From the NCBI RefSeq assembly GCF_006345805.1, contig NC_042998.1:170624001-170688000 (forward strand): a stretch of DNA of 64,000 nt, written 5' to 3'. Both the position numbers and the translations under genes were made by a program. Shown one piece after another: positions 63,502-64,000 of the stretch; the first letter of the stretch is position 1, and each line of letters begins with the position of its first letter. Below the pieces are notes generated by a model. The model worked only from the letters and a program-made list of their open reading frames with translations. It did no database searches and was not told where the DNA came from. The DNA is from Octopus sinensis. Taxonomy: Eukaryota.

Positions 63502-63651
63502 GGTATGACTAGATATTTATTGCTGATGGTTGCACATATTTCTGATGCAAATCTCTCCTAATTTGATGAAAAAAAAAGTACAGAACTTCATTATATAGAG
63601 AATATATCCTCTATTGAAAACTTTTCAAGAAATTTCTGCTTACTCATTCTC

Positions 63652-63657
63652 AATAAA
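63652..63657 (+). terminator. Candidate polyadenylation signal of IAP copy 2
   Basis: AATAAA 150 nt after the stop, followed by T-rich sequence. Weak evidence in AT-rich DNA. Confidence 0.35.
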
Positions 63658-64000
63658 ACTATGTACAATTACTTTTTTTGTAAAGTTTATGACATATTTA
63701 ATTCACCAACCATATTTTGTATTAGAAAGTTTTAACATTTGTTTACTGCTCTCTAAATCTGTACACACTAACTTGAATGATTATTTTTTTAATTATTTTT
63801 TCAACTTGATCTCATATGGGAGAAAATTTTCATCATGCATTGAATTAAGGAGTAGTTTATGTTGAATTTTCTTCTGATAAACATTTTTTTTTCTGTGTGG
63901 TTTAAATATTCTAAACAACCTTTCTCCCTCTGTCTATGTATAATACATAACCTAGAAGCTATCAAATCTTTAACTGCCATTTCATATGTGACCACGTCAG

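Overview
This is AT-rich, repeat-dense eukaryotic genomic DNA. The RTE/SINE families and microsatellite style point to a coleoid cephalopod, most likely Octopus (inferred from remembered repeat patterns, not searched). The window holds a tandem pair of + strand inhibitor-of-apoptosis (IAP/BIRC) genes. Copy 1 is only the 3' end: a truncated UBA-start exon at 3051, an exon at 4111-4230 and a RING exon at 10644-10834. Copy 2 is nearly complete, with six coding exons from 42816 to 63501 and a 4xBIR-UBA-RING architecture. Its phases close to 585 aa only if one base is restored at about 43643. A candidate immune-inducible promoter and first exon for copy 2 (kB, IRF-E, TATA, GT donor) lies at about 26300-26690. 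The rest is transposon debris: RTE, CR1, L1/Tx1-like and Jockey-like LINEs, tRNA-derived SINEs with TSDs, a CsRn1-type Gypsy remnant, mariner/Tc1, hAT, piggyBac-type MITEs, Helitrons and a Chapaev3-like piece. The most notable items are lesions in both IAP copies, a shortened first BIR followed by a DETD-G caspase motif, a ~740-bp intronic fold-back duplication, a 33-bp-stem intronic hairpin and degenerate hammerhead-like motifs. I found no demonstrably new biological system. TE boundaries without TSD/TIR evidence are approximate.
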